From the IMG/VR virus record IMGVR_UViG_3300040985_000395, positions 1-31,444 of that record: a stretch of 31,444 nucleotides of DNA. One strand, written 5' to 3'. Positions 7,347-15,363 of this stretch are shown in pieces. Made by a program: the position numbers and the translations under genes. Position 1 is the first letter of the stretch. Every line of letters begins with the position of its first letter. The notes below the pieces were generated by a model, which saw only the letters and a program-made list of their open reading frames with translations, ran no database searches and was not told where the DNA came from. Source of the DNA: a virus (taxonomy: Duplodnaviria; Caudoviricetes).

Positions 7347-7969
7347 GTTTGCACGATGCCGACCGTCCCTGTAACAATGAAGGGGGAGGGGGGTCTGTGC
7401 CCGTAGGTACGCAGGTGTGCGTGGGTGCTAGCCCTTCTGGTTCTGGTACAGACCAAGCAGAAACGCGCAAGCCTGCACACCTGAGTACGACCAGTACAGG
7501 AGCCATCGAGGCCGCAATGGTCGCGGCTGGCGTGTTCATCCTGAGCAGTCGCGCACGGTGGGCCATCGCGGAAGATTTAGCCCAGCAGGGCATCACGCCC
7601 GCTGATCTGGATAGGCTGGTTGCGTGGTTGGTCGCCAGCGAGCCGAAACAGCACCTGCAACGCCGCTACCTGGCTGGCCTGCTATCGTCGCCGCCTGATG
7701 TAGTGGAGGCCCTTAAAACGCTCGACAGGCACGCAGAGACAAAGGCCAACCACGGCGACCGCAATACGATGTCCGGCGACATCGGACCCATGGACGGGGA
7801 GGATGCCGACAAATGGCGACACGAGCGCAACGCCCACATATGCTACGCCCGCATCCACGGTGATGGCGTGGACGCGGAGACGGTCGCCGCCGAGATGGGG
7901 CTGCCGCTGGACAACGTGCAGCACCTATACACGCTAGGCGTGCAGTTGTTCGGTGGGGGCGTAGCGTGA
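7343..7969 (+). CDS. Hypothetical protein, possible replication initiator or DNA-binding protein
   Basis: ATGA-coupled start at 7343; low-complexity N-terminus and C-terminal HTH-like segment DAETVAAEMGLPLDNVQHLY. Function is inferred from position only. Confidence 0.55.
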   Translation: MSLHDADRPCNNEGGGGSVPVGTQVCVGASPSGSGTDQAETRKPAHLSTTSTGAIEAAMVAAGVFILSSRARWAIAEDLAQQGITPADLDRLVAWLVASEPKQHLQRRYLAGLLSSPPDVVEALKTLDRHAETKANHGDRNTMSGDIGPMDGEDADKWRHERNAHICYARIHGDGVDAETVAAEMGLPLDNVQHLYTLGVQLFGGGVA

Positions 7970-8349
7970 TGCTGCCCGAACGGCTGGATCAGATCGCCGC
8001 GACCGGCGACTGTGACCCGCACGAGGCCCGCAAAATGGCTAGCATGTTATTGCGAGCCACGGCCCGCAGCACGGACGGGCCGACAAGCCACAAGGCTGCC
8101 AGCAGCGTCACGCGCATGACGCGCAAGCGCCAGGATGTGATGGCGACGTTTCGCCGGTTCGGCTCACTGACGGACGAACAACTGGTGCAGGTATATGGGA
8201 CCATGGACGATGTGACCGACCAGAGCGAAAGCGGCCTGCGCACCAGGCGCAGCGAGCTGGTGCGCATGGAGCTGCTGCAAGACACTGGCACTAAGCGGCG
8301 CATCCGCAGCGGTCGCCAAGCAGTCGTATGGGGGGTGGTGACGCAATGA
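7966..8349 (+). CDS. Winged-HTH DNA-binding protein
   Basis: ARSTDGPTSHKAA...LTDEQL...SGLRTRRSELV...DTG...SGRQAVVW, a common phage wHTH pattern. Confidence 0.75.
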   Translation: MMLPERLDQIAATGDCDPHEARKMASMLLRATARSTDGPTSHKAASSVTRMTRKRQDVMATFRRFGSLTDEQLVQVYGTMDDVTDQSESGLRTRRSELVRMELLQDTGTKRRIRSGRQAVVWGVVTQ

Positions 8350-8450
8350 GCCGCTACCGAGACCAAATGCACCTTGGCACCTTGCTGGCGTGGTGCTGCG
8401 TCGGCGTGCTGCTCTGGCTGCCGATCCTGTCGATGGTGGGGGTGCTGTGA
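8346..8450 (+). CDS. 34-aa membrane peptide (below the ORF-track cutoff)
   Basis: MSRYRDQMHLGTLLAWCCVGVLLWLPILSMVGVL; ATGA overlap upstream and GTGA overlap downstream fill the gap exactly. Confidence 0.6.
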   Translation: MSRYRDQMHLGTLLAWCCVGVLLWLPILSMVGVL

Positions 8451-8674
8451 CCAAACCCAAACCACGCCATCAACTACGCCTAAACATGGCGCAACATCTG
8501 CCGGCGCATGTCGTCGATCAGATCCTTGACCTTCACCTACAACTTGAGTGCGCGCTGCCGTGGCAACGTGCTGGCTTGCAGGCACAGGTGGACGCATTGC
8601 AGCAGGCCGAGATGGATCGGCCAAAACAACGCTGGCCCAAGCGCAAGACGAAGCGAAGGAAGGCGCGACAATGA
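8447..8674 (+). CDS. Hypothetical basic protein
   Basis: GTG start at 8447, coupled on both sides; Lys/Arg-rich C-terminus. Confidence 0.55.
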   Translation: MTKPKPRHQLRLNMAQHLPAHVVDQILDLHLQLECALPWQRAGLQAQVDALQQAEMDRPKQRWPKRKTKRRKARQ

Positions 8675-9108
8675 CCAGATCCGCAGACGACAAGGCGGCA
8701 CGGTTTGCAGAGGCCGCGCCTATCCGCATCGCGCTGCCGTGGCCACCGACTGACCTCAGCCCCAACGTGCGCCAACACTGGAGCAAGCTAGCCAAGGCCA
8801 AGGCCGCATACCGTCAGGCGTGCGCCATCGCAGTGCGCGGCATCACGGGGCGGCGCACGTTTGTCGTGCCGCCTGGACCGCTGCACCTGACGCTGTCGTT
8901 CTGCCCGCCAACGCGCCGCAGCTACGACTGCGACGGCTTGCTGTCACGCATGAAGGCGGGTCTGGATGGCGTCTGCATGGACGCGCTCGGATTTGATGAC
9001 GCCCGCATCGAAGCCATCACGCTGCGCAGCCTGCCGAGCGTGGGCCAGCCTGGATACGTCGAGATGACGCTGGCCATGGACGTACAAAAGCACAGCCAAC
9101 CCGGCTAG
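8671..9108 (+). CDS. rusA: RusA-like Holliday junction resolvase
   Basis: ATG 8671 after AAGGAAGG; LPWPP...SPN, PPTRRSYDCDGLL..MK..LDG and GFDDARI match the RusA acidic and Lys catalytic pattern. Confidence 0.85.
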   Translation: MTRSADDKAARFAEAAPIRIALPWPPTDLSPNVRQHWSKLAKAKAAYRQACAIAVRGITGRRTFVVPPGPLHLTLSFCPPTRRSYDCDGLLSRMKAGLDGVCMDALGFDDARIEAITLRSLPSVGQPGYVEMTLAMDVQKHSQPG

Positions 9109-9124
9109 GCACCGGGCTGGCTGT
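9092..9124. terminator. Stem-loop at the end of rusA, between convergent operons
   Basis: ACAGCCAACCCGG-N7-CCGGGCTGGCTGT with one mismatch; no U-tract. Confidence 0.45.
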
Positions 9125-9129
9125 AGAGC

Positions 9130-9214
9130 GTGCCACCATGGAAGGGGGGAGCCGCCCGGCCCTCTCAAGCTAGGCGTTGGAAAACAAGCTGCTGGTCAAC
9201 TCGGCAGCGGCACG
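9130..9214 (+). ncRNA. Degenerate tRNA-like cloverleaf
   Basis: Acceptor GTGCCAC/GCGGCAC, D loop AGGGGGGA, 8-nt anticodon loop CCTCTCAA, long variable arm, T arm TGCTG-GTCAACT-CGGCA; followed by GCCC rather than NCCA. Confidence 0.4.
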
Positions 9215-9224
9215 CCCGCGCATT

Positions 9225-9923
9225 CTACCCATCGCCAATGTGCAAATCCACCATGGAAGTCGGCACGCACCCACTGGCTACGCGGTCGTCTGCCACTAAC
9301 AACTGCGCCGACACGCGCAAACCATCCCACGCCAAAGGCCAACGGACATACAGCACAATGCGCCCGCTGGCATCCTGCACAAAATCGAAGACGCGATCAG
9401 GCCGCATATCCGCCGGCAACGACTCCAAGCGATCCGGCACCAGCACGAAGTCAGGCGGCACCTGTAACATGCCACCCGCGCCGCCTGGTATCGGCTGCGG
9501 TGGCGGCGGTGGGCGCAGCGTCACCAGCAACGCCACCGCACGATCAGGCCGCACCATGTCGCCGCCAATGCCGTCAGGATAGCTCGCCACGTATTGCGTC
9601 AACCAGTCACAGCGCCACACGCTGCCCGTCACTGGGCGATCATGGCACACGACCCACGGCAGCCCGCCAGCCACATCAGCGATCTGCGGAGCGTGGACGA
9701 TGCGCACGCTGGCAGGCTGGCCCGCAGCCATCTCGGCGTCTGCTAGTGCTGCCATCCACACCATGGGCGCAGGGTCTCGAGGGTCAACCGCTTGGCTGCG
9801 CAAATCGTCTAGCATCGTCGCGGCTGGCACAGCACAGCCAACCACGCAACCGACCACTGAAACCCAAAACACGATGCAGGCGCACAGCAACGCCGACCAT
9901 GCCAGCAGTTGCCAGCGCATCAT
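9225..9923 (-). CDS. Membrane-anchored or lipoprotein hypothetical protein (last gene of late operon)
   Basis: Hydrophobic N-terminus ending in VVGC (lipobox-like); Pro-rich linker; ATGA-coupled. Confidence 0.65.
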   Translation of the reverse strand: MMRWQLLAWSALLCACIVFWVSVVGCVVGCAVPAATMLDDLRSQAVDPRDPAPMVWMAALADAEMAAGQPASVRIVHAPQIADVAGGLPWVVCHDRPVTGSVWRCDWLTQYVASYPDGIGGDMVRPDRAVALLVTLRPPPPPQPIPGGAGGMLQVPPDFVLVPDRLESLPADMRPDRVFDFVQDASGRIVLYVRWPLAWDGLRVSAQLLVADDRVASGCVPTSMVDLHIGDG

Positions 9924-10237
9924 GGCGTTGATTTGTTGCTTTGGGCCATAGCCTCCGTTGCGCGCCGAGCTGCCACGCTAGCAGCGCGACCGGGCGCGGC
10001 CTGCACGCCTAAGTAACCCATCGCAGCGCCGAGCACGACCTGGCCGACCTGCTGCCACCACGCGGACTGACCGCCGCCCAAGATCGCCTGCCGCAATGCC
10101 TCCGCCTGCTCTGGCGTGACAGTGCCCTGCACCATCATGGCGTCCACGGTCTGCAACGCAGTCTGCTGCTGCTCTGGCGTCAGCAACCCGCAACTGGTCA
10201 ACAACAAACAAGCCACCACCATCATCGTCATCTTCAT
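9920..10237 (-). CDS. Lipoprotein with C-terminal hydrophobic helix; candidate unimolecular spanin
   Basis: Signal MKMTMMVVACLLLTS-C, helical middle, WWQQVGQVVLGAAMGYLGV, basic tail; GGAG RBS. Confidence 0.6.
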   Translation of the reverse strand: MKMTMMVVACLLLTSCGLLTPEQQQTALQTVDAMMVQGTVTPEQAEALRQAILGGGQSAWWQQVGQVVLGAAMGYLGVQAAPGRAASVAARRATEAMAQSNKSTP

Positions 10238-10532
10238 GGGTCAACTCCAAAGGTCTCAGACTGTCGCGATCCACCGAATGCTTGCGGCACCAACGTGCGC
10301 CGCTAGGTGACACGACCACCGCCGTGCCTCTGCATGGCGCAGATGTGAAGAACTGATACAGGCACCTGCGAGCGTTGCGCGGCTCGTCCAGCTCGGCGGC
10401 GGTGGCATTGATGCGGATGGTGACCGCTCGCGTATGCTGGCCTGGTCGCTTTCGCTTGGGCTGCGTGCGCTGGTATTCGCGCTGATATTCGCGCTGGTAT
10501 GCTCTGCGGTCGTCTGGTGATTTGTGTGGCAT
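9978..10532 (-). CDS. Hypothetical protein with QREY repeats
   Basis: Starts 3 nt after the upstream stop; RAYQREYQREYQR. The 3' 260 nt overlap the lipoprotein gene in another frame. Confidence 0.45.
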   Translation of the reverse strand: MPHKSPDDRRAYQREYQREYQRTQPKRKRPGQHTRAVTIRINATAAELDEPRNARRCLYQFFTSAPCRGTAVVVSPSGARWCRKHSVDRDSLRPLELTHEDDDDGGGLFVVDQLRVADARAAADCVADRGRHDGAGHCHARAGGGIAAGDLGRRSVRVVAAGRPGRARRCDGLLRRAGRARSRC

Positions 10533-10534
10533 GG

Positions 10535-10813
10535 TTAGAGTTGCCGCAGCACCAGCGCCGTGAGCACCGGCAGCAATCCGCCCAGCAAGCCCCAGATGCC
10601 TGCCTTGATTTTTAACCCGTGGACCTCGAGCGCAATGCGGCGCACTTCAGCCATGGTCGCGTTTTCAGAGGTGTGCCGGTTGTTGCGTTCATGCCGCACG
10701 GATTTGTCAACCTTGTCGGCCAGTTTCTCAATGTTTTGATCCAGGCGTTTCAATTCTGCCAACACTAGCCGCTGGTATTCGCGCCACCCATTATTGCTGT
10801 GCTCGGTTGTCAT
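10535..10813 (-). CDS. Coiled-coil protein with C-terminal TM helix; holin-like
   Basis: LAELKRLDQNIEKLADKVDK heptads, then AGIWGLLGGLLPVLTALVL; follows the fibre gene. Confidence 0.6.
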   Translation of the reverse strand: MTTEHSNNGWREYQRLVLAELKRLDQNIEKLADKVDKSVRHERNNRHTSENATMAEVRRIALEVHGLKIKAGIWGLLGGLLPVLTALVLRQL

Positions 10814-10822
10814 TGGTGCAGA

Positions 10823-11905
10823 TCATCGAAACTCTACGAACAGGGAATGCACACGCGGTGTGGCGCTGCGGTCGCCGCCAGTCTGCACCACGGTGATATA
10901 GCAATCGTCTATCTTGGCCGCTTCGGCTAGGTCCACCCATCCACTATTAGCAAGCGTGTAGCTAGCCATGGATGCGCTGACCTCGCTGGTGCCGATGTCG
11001 CTAAAATTGCCCAGGGTTGTCGTGTAGCTGGTCGAATAGCGCACGATCAGACGCGGGTTGTTGGCTGACGCGGAGTTGGTGTAGACGCGGAAGAATATCC
11101 GCACCTGCGTCATCGTGCTCAGGTCGGCCAACTGCATGTTGATGTTCAGGTTTTTCAGGAACTCGTCCGTGCTCGGATGTGCGCCCAACTGGCACGACTG
11201 CGCACCATCAGCATGGAACGGGCAACGCAACCGGATGCCGCCAGCGTTGGTCTCAAGGTCTTGAAACGCTTCTTTCACGTCGCGGTTGTTGGCGATGATG
11301 GAACCCGTGAACGTGCCCAAGTCCGTCTGCGTGCGAGCATCCACGCCCATCAACGCCACCAGCTCGTTGTTGATGTCGTTGCTGCGGCCCGCGCCGATGA
11401 CCATGATGCTGCCAACCGTTGCGTGCCTGCGTGTGACTAGGCCCACCTTCTGCACCTTGTTGGTGCTGCCGGCTGGCTTGGTGCTGGTCAACGCTCCAGC
11501 GGTCGCCGGGTCTACATACAGCGCCGTGCCTGCGTCCCATCCTGGCGTGTCCGTGTCATACTGGAACAGCACACCCTCGGCGACTATGTGCCCCTCGTCA
11601 CCGTCTGCCATCGTCTCATACACCAGGCCGATGGACGGCATCGTGCCAGACGCATCAGACCGCGCCTTGGTCACCTCTGGCTTGCCGCTGGCGTGGTCGC
11701 CGCTGACGTATACGGCTTCGCCCTTGGTCAGCGTGCCGCCGCTGCTGTTCTTGCATTCGACCAACACTTCAGGATCGACGAAAAACCGCAGGCCCAGATC
11801 CGTATCCTGCGTGACCTTGACCTCCACGCCCGTGGCCGTTGCACCGACGTTGTTCAAGAAGTCGCGCAGCAGCGTGACCTTGTCGCGTATCTGGAAGTCA
11901 GTCAC
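10823..11905 (-). CDS. Fibre or minor structural protein
   Basis: KNSSGGTLTKGEAVYVSG...MPSIG...LYV...GALTSTKP...VQKVG domain and DLGTFTGSII..NRDVKEAFQDLET motif, both recurrent in phage fibre and decoration proteins; downstream of the tip protein. Confidence 0.7.
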   Translation of the reverse strand: MTDFQIRDKVTLLRDFLNNVGATATGVEVKVTQDTDLGLRFFVDPEVLVECKNSSGGTLTKGEAVYVSGDHASGKPEVTKARSDASGTMPSIGLVYETMADGDEGHIVAEGVLFQYDTDTPGWDAGTALYVDPATAGALTSTKPAGSTNKVQKVGLVTRRHATVGSIMVIGAGRSNDINNELVALMGVDARTQTDLGTFTGSIIANNRDVKEAFQDLETNAGGIRLRCPFHADGAQSCQLGAHPSTDEFLKNLNINMQLADLSTMTQVRIFFRVYTNSASANNPRLIVRYSTSYTTTLGNFSDIGTSEVSASMASYTLANSGWVDLAEAAKIDDCYITVVQTGGDRSATPRVHSLFVEFR

Positions 11906-14900
11906 TAGATCGTCTCAAACCTCAATGGCCCGTCACCATACAGTCCAACTTGCTGATAGCTGATGTAGTAAGTCTCGGTCGGTCCTGGCGTGTATCCGGC
12001 GGCGGTGGCTCGAGCGTTGGACCAATCAAAGTAGGTGTCGCGCAGCGTGGCCGATCCAGTGAAGCGACTGTCCATCTCGTAAGTGTCCGCGATGATGTCC
12101 GTGCTGCCTGACTGGTAGATGTTGACGCGATACGTCTCAAAAGGTTCATCGAGCGCGTGCGGTGGCTGCGTGCCTAGAGGCAGCACTTGGCGCGTCCAAT
12201 GTTCCGCGACATCGAACCGCGTCATCAGCGTCGTGGCGTTGTATGTCTTGACCACATCGCGGATGGGCAGCGGTAGCGCGTTGGCAAACGTCGGCGTGAT
12301 GCTGGTCGCAGCCACATCGTCAAGGCCCAATCCAAGAGGCACCACCTTGTAGTTAAGGCTGGCTGGCAACGCTCCAGCAAACTCGCGGAAGAACACGTTG
12401 TCTTGCGCAGGGTGCAGCATGACCATTTGATAGCCAAGGAATTGGTCCGGCGATAGCGTGCCGCGCAATCCTCGCAGCCATCCGCCCAGCGTGAACTGAC
12501 CATTGCCCAGAGGCGTCACAGTTGTGAACGCGGCAATCTCCACACCGTCAGTCGAACCGTATATAGCACACCAGTTCTTTCCAGCTTCGGCCTCCGCTTG
12601 CGTGGCAGCCTCCAGCGCGGTATCGCCTTCATACGCGAACGTCACATCGACTGTCTGTGCGCGAAGCGTCACTGTAGTCGTGCCGTACGCTTCTGACGAG
12701 TCTTGCGCGGCCAGCGTGCCATCCAACTGCGCAATAGCAGCCTGCGCTCCGATGTTGCCAATAGACTGGTAGCTAGCACCGTTGACGCTTTCATGGACCA
12801 CCGCCCCCGCCCAGTTTTCTCCCCCACCGTTGGCGCACACCGCTAGCTTGACGGCAGGCGTCACCACTTCCGAGTTGCGGATGCCAGGTGCATCAATCGG
12901 GATAACCCGCAACGACGCGGGTGCAACCACAATGACTGCGGGAAGACCAGCTCCAGACTGCACCGGACTGCCGGACACCGCCAAATGGACATCTTCGTTG
13001 ACCGCTGTCACAGCCACCCTGAAGTCTGCGCCGATGTCGCGCTGTATCACACGACATCGCACCACATCGCCTTCATCCGTGGTAAACGTGCAGATGTCAT
13101 TCTCGAGCAAGTCCAGATATGCAGCAGGCAGCGTGAATCGATACGTGCGCCGGTTCACCCAAGCACGCCGCAAGATAGTGGACGCGAGGTTGCGGGCTTC
13201 CTTGCGCGTCAGCACCATGTTGCCAACGTCTACATCTTGCTCGTTTTGATGGTCAACGCCGCCAGGGTTGCGCAGCCCGAAATGCTGGTACCCCTCGGCC
13301 CACGAATTGTCGGGGTCTTGATGTCGCACGCCCACCGACGTTGGCAAGTCTTGCTCAGATGCGTCTTGCACAACCACCTTATTGTCTTTGCGAGACTCGC
13401 CATCGGCAATGGTCGCCATATCGCTGAACACAGCGCCATTCTCAACCTGGACAACATCTGCGGAGTCCATGTCGAACACGCAGATTGTGCCGTCGCGCTC
13501 TTGGCCCAGCAGTTGACCAGCCAGCAGCATGGGCTGCATAGCGGTCAACGTAGGCACAGCCCCGCGCAGGAACATGCCAGCGAACAGCTTTTCTGGCATT
13601 CCAGATGTGTCAATGGCACTGGTCGGTATGTCGGCTCGTTCCAACACTAGCTGAACAGCTTGCGCCCATGTCAGTGCAGCGTCAGGCTGGACCAATGCTT
13701 CAAGGCTAAACGGCAACTGGTCGCCAAACGATGTAGCGTAGAACTCGTCAAGTGCTTGATACGCCACGCCCCGATACGCGGGCACGTTGCCAGTGCCTTT
13801 GTCGGCAACCAGCAAGGCGTTCTCTCCCTGCGTTTCCGACCCTGAAGCATAGTTGGCGTAGATGGAATAGGTCGGCGGGAAGATGCCAGCGGTGAACGTC
13901 GGCGGCACGGCATACTCAATGGCGGGCAGCTCGTCGGCACTTTCCTTCACGTAGTTGCCCGTCGCCGTGCCCACCGTTGGCTGCGTCAAGAGGATGCGCC
14001 CACCATTCGTCCAAACGTCTTGGACATGCCACGTCGCCAACGAAATCGGGGTGCCCGCAGGGGTTCCGCCCCCGCCGAGGTGCTTCATGTTGCGCACCGT
14101 GACCCGGTCGCCAACTGACAGGACATCCGTCCGAAACTTAGCCGGCGCAATAGGGGTCAGCCGCAGCGAGTTGACACCGGATGTGTAGAGCGCCGTGCAG
14201 TCTTGAACAATGGCATCGTCAACGCGGGCCACCTGAGCAGGCGAGTAGATCGACCCGCCCGTGTAGCTCAGGCTGGTCATTGTCTGGCCATCGGCAGGAT
14301 ACATCGTCACGAAACTAGGCGTGCCAGGAACATGCTCCGCAACGGTCAGTAGTCGCCAATACCCATTGAAGGTCGTCGGCCCAGCTAGTCGCACGAACTG
14401 CGCGGGCAGCACGATGTCGTCCACCTCGAAGCGGTCAGCAAAGTCTGGATCTTCAGTGCTGTTCATCGCCACGGTGATATGAGGACCGGACGCGTCGTAT
14501 GTCGCGGTCATCTCGGGCGTGCGAACCACAATGATGTTGCGGTCGGAATACAACAGCAACTTGCCGTTGCCGATCAGGTGCGTAAGTCGTCGCGTCTCTC
14601 GATCATTCAAAGACACGAGCGCGTTGATGTTGACGCGGCGCAACGGTGTGGCTGTGCCACCCTTGTTGGCGCTGGACACAGATTCTCTGACCTTGCGGTC
14701 TTGGTATAGGATGTGCGTAGGCACCCGCACATCAGCACCGATAGCCCAGATGCGCTCCGCTCCTGCGCGGTTGCTGCCAACAGGCACGCCCTGCAACACG
14801 GGGGGACGGGCAGCGTCAACGCCTTCGCCAGTCAACGCTGGGTATAGGAACGTGGCGTCGATGTATGCGGCTGCTATGCCTGCCACCCATCCGACGACCG

Positions 14901-14955
14901 GAACACTGGCAAACAAGCCTGCTCCTGATGCAATTGCAACTCCACCGCTCGCCAT
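11905..14955 (-). CDS. Tail tip attachment / host-specificity protein (lambda J / GTA megatron-like, Phage-tail_3 domain)
   Basis: 1016 aa; NVPAYRGVAY, LPTSVGVRHQDPD, LLENDIC and FTLGGWLRGLRGT; follows the DUF2163 and NlpC/P60 genes. Confidence 0.85.
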   Translation of the reverse strand: MASGGVAIASGAGLFASVPVVGWVAGIAAAYIDATFLYPALTGEGVDAARPPVLQGVPVGSNRAGAERIWAIGADVRVPTHILYQDRKVRESVSSANKGGTATPLRRVNINALVSLNDRETRRLTHLIGNGKLLLYSDRNIIVVRTPEMTATYDASGPHITVAMNSTEDPDFADRFEVDDIVLPAQFVRLAGPTTFNGYWRLLTVAEHVPGTPSFVTMYPADGQTMTSLSYTGGSIYSPAQVARVDDAIVQDCTALYTSGVNSLRLTPIAPAKFRTDVLSVGDRVTVRNMKHLGGGGTPAGTPISLATWHVQDVWTNGGRILLTQPTVGTATGNYVKESADELPAIEYAVPPTFTAGIFPPTYSIYANYASGSETQGENALLVADKGTGNVPAYRGVAYQALDEFYATSFGDQLPFSLEALVQPDAALTWAQAVQLVLERADIPTSAIDTSGMPEKLFAGMFLRGAVPTLTAMQPMLLAGQLLGQERDGTICVFDMDSADVVQVENGAVFSDMATIADGESRKDNKVVVQDASEQDLPTSVGVRHQDPDNSWAEGYQHFGLRNPGGVDHQNEQDVDVGNMVLTRKEARNLASTILRRAWVNRRTYRFTLPAAYLDLLENDICTFTTDEGDVVRCRVIQRDIGADFRVAVTAVNEDVHLAVSGSPVQSGAGLPAVIVVAPASLRVIPIDAPGIRNSEVVTPAVKLAVCANGGGENWAGAVVHESVNGASYQSIGNIGAQAAIAQLDGTLAAQDSSEAYGTTTVTLRAQTVDVTFAYEGDTALEAATQAEAEAGKNWCAIYGSTDGVEIAAFTTVTPLGNGQFTLGGWLRGLRGTLSPDQFLGYQMVMLHPAQDNVFFREFAGALPASLNYKVVPLGLGLDDVAATSITPTFANALPLPIRDVVKTYNATTLMTRFDVAEHWTRQVLPLGTQPPHALDEPFETYRVNIYQSGSTDIIADTYEMDSRFTGSATLRDTYFDWSNARATAAGYTPGPTETYYISYQQVGLYGDGPLRFETI

Positions 14956-15363
14956 CTATTCCACCCCTCGAATGCGCCAACGAGCGAAGATACGTCGCCG
15001 ACTGTAGATCGTTTCGCAGACGCGGCGGCCCATGCCCCACGCGTGAACCACAACAGGCTCGCCGCATCCGTTCAAGCCGACCGGAACAACACAATGGCGC
15101 GGCTTTTGCCCAACGTAGACTTGCCATATATGGCCACCTACATCGACCGGGTCACAGTACGACATCAGCCCACGGCTCAGGTCATTACCAGACGGCATGG
15201 CGTTGTATGCGCCGGTTGCTGGCAGCTCCATGCCCAGCGCATTGCACGCAGCCCACGGCAACCCTACGCAGTCGAGGGCCTTGTGCGACAGGCGACCCAT
15301 ATGCACGACAGGCGTCCCGATGCAATCTTTCACACTCTCAATGAATGACTCGAGCGGCACCAC
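14956..15363 (-). CDS. Tail-associated NlpC/P60 peptidase (GTA g14 / lambda K-like)
   Basis: IGTPVVHMGR...ALDCVGL, PRHCVV and VVHAW give the Cys-His-His pattern; synteny agrees. Confidence 0.85.
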   Translation of the reverse strand: MVPLESFIESVKDCIGTPVVHMGRLSHKALDCVGLPWAACNALGMELPATGAYNAMPSGNDLSRGLMSYCDPVDVGGHIWQVYVGQKPRHCVVPVGLNGCGEPVVVHAWGMGRRVCETIYSRRRIFARWRIRGVE

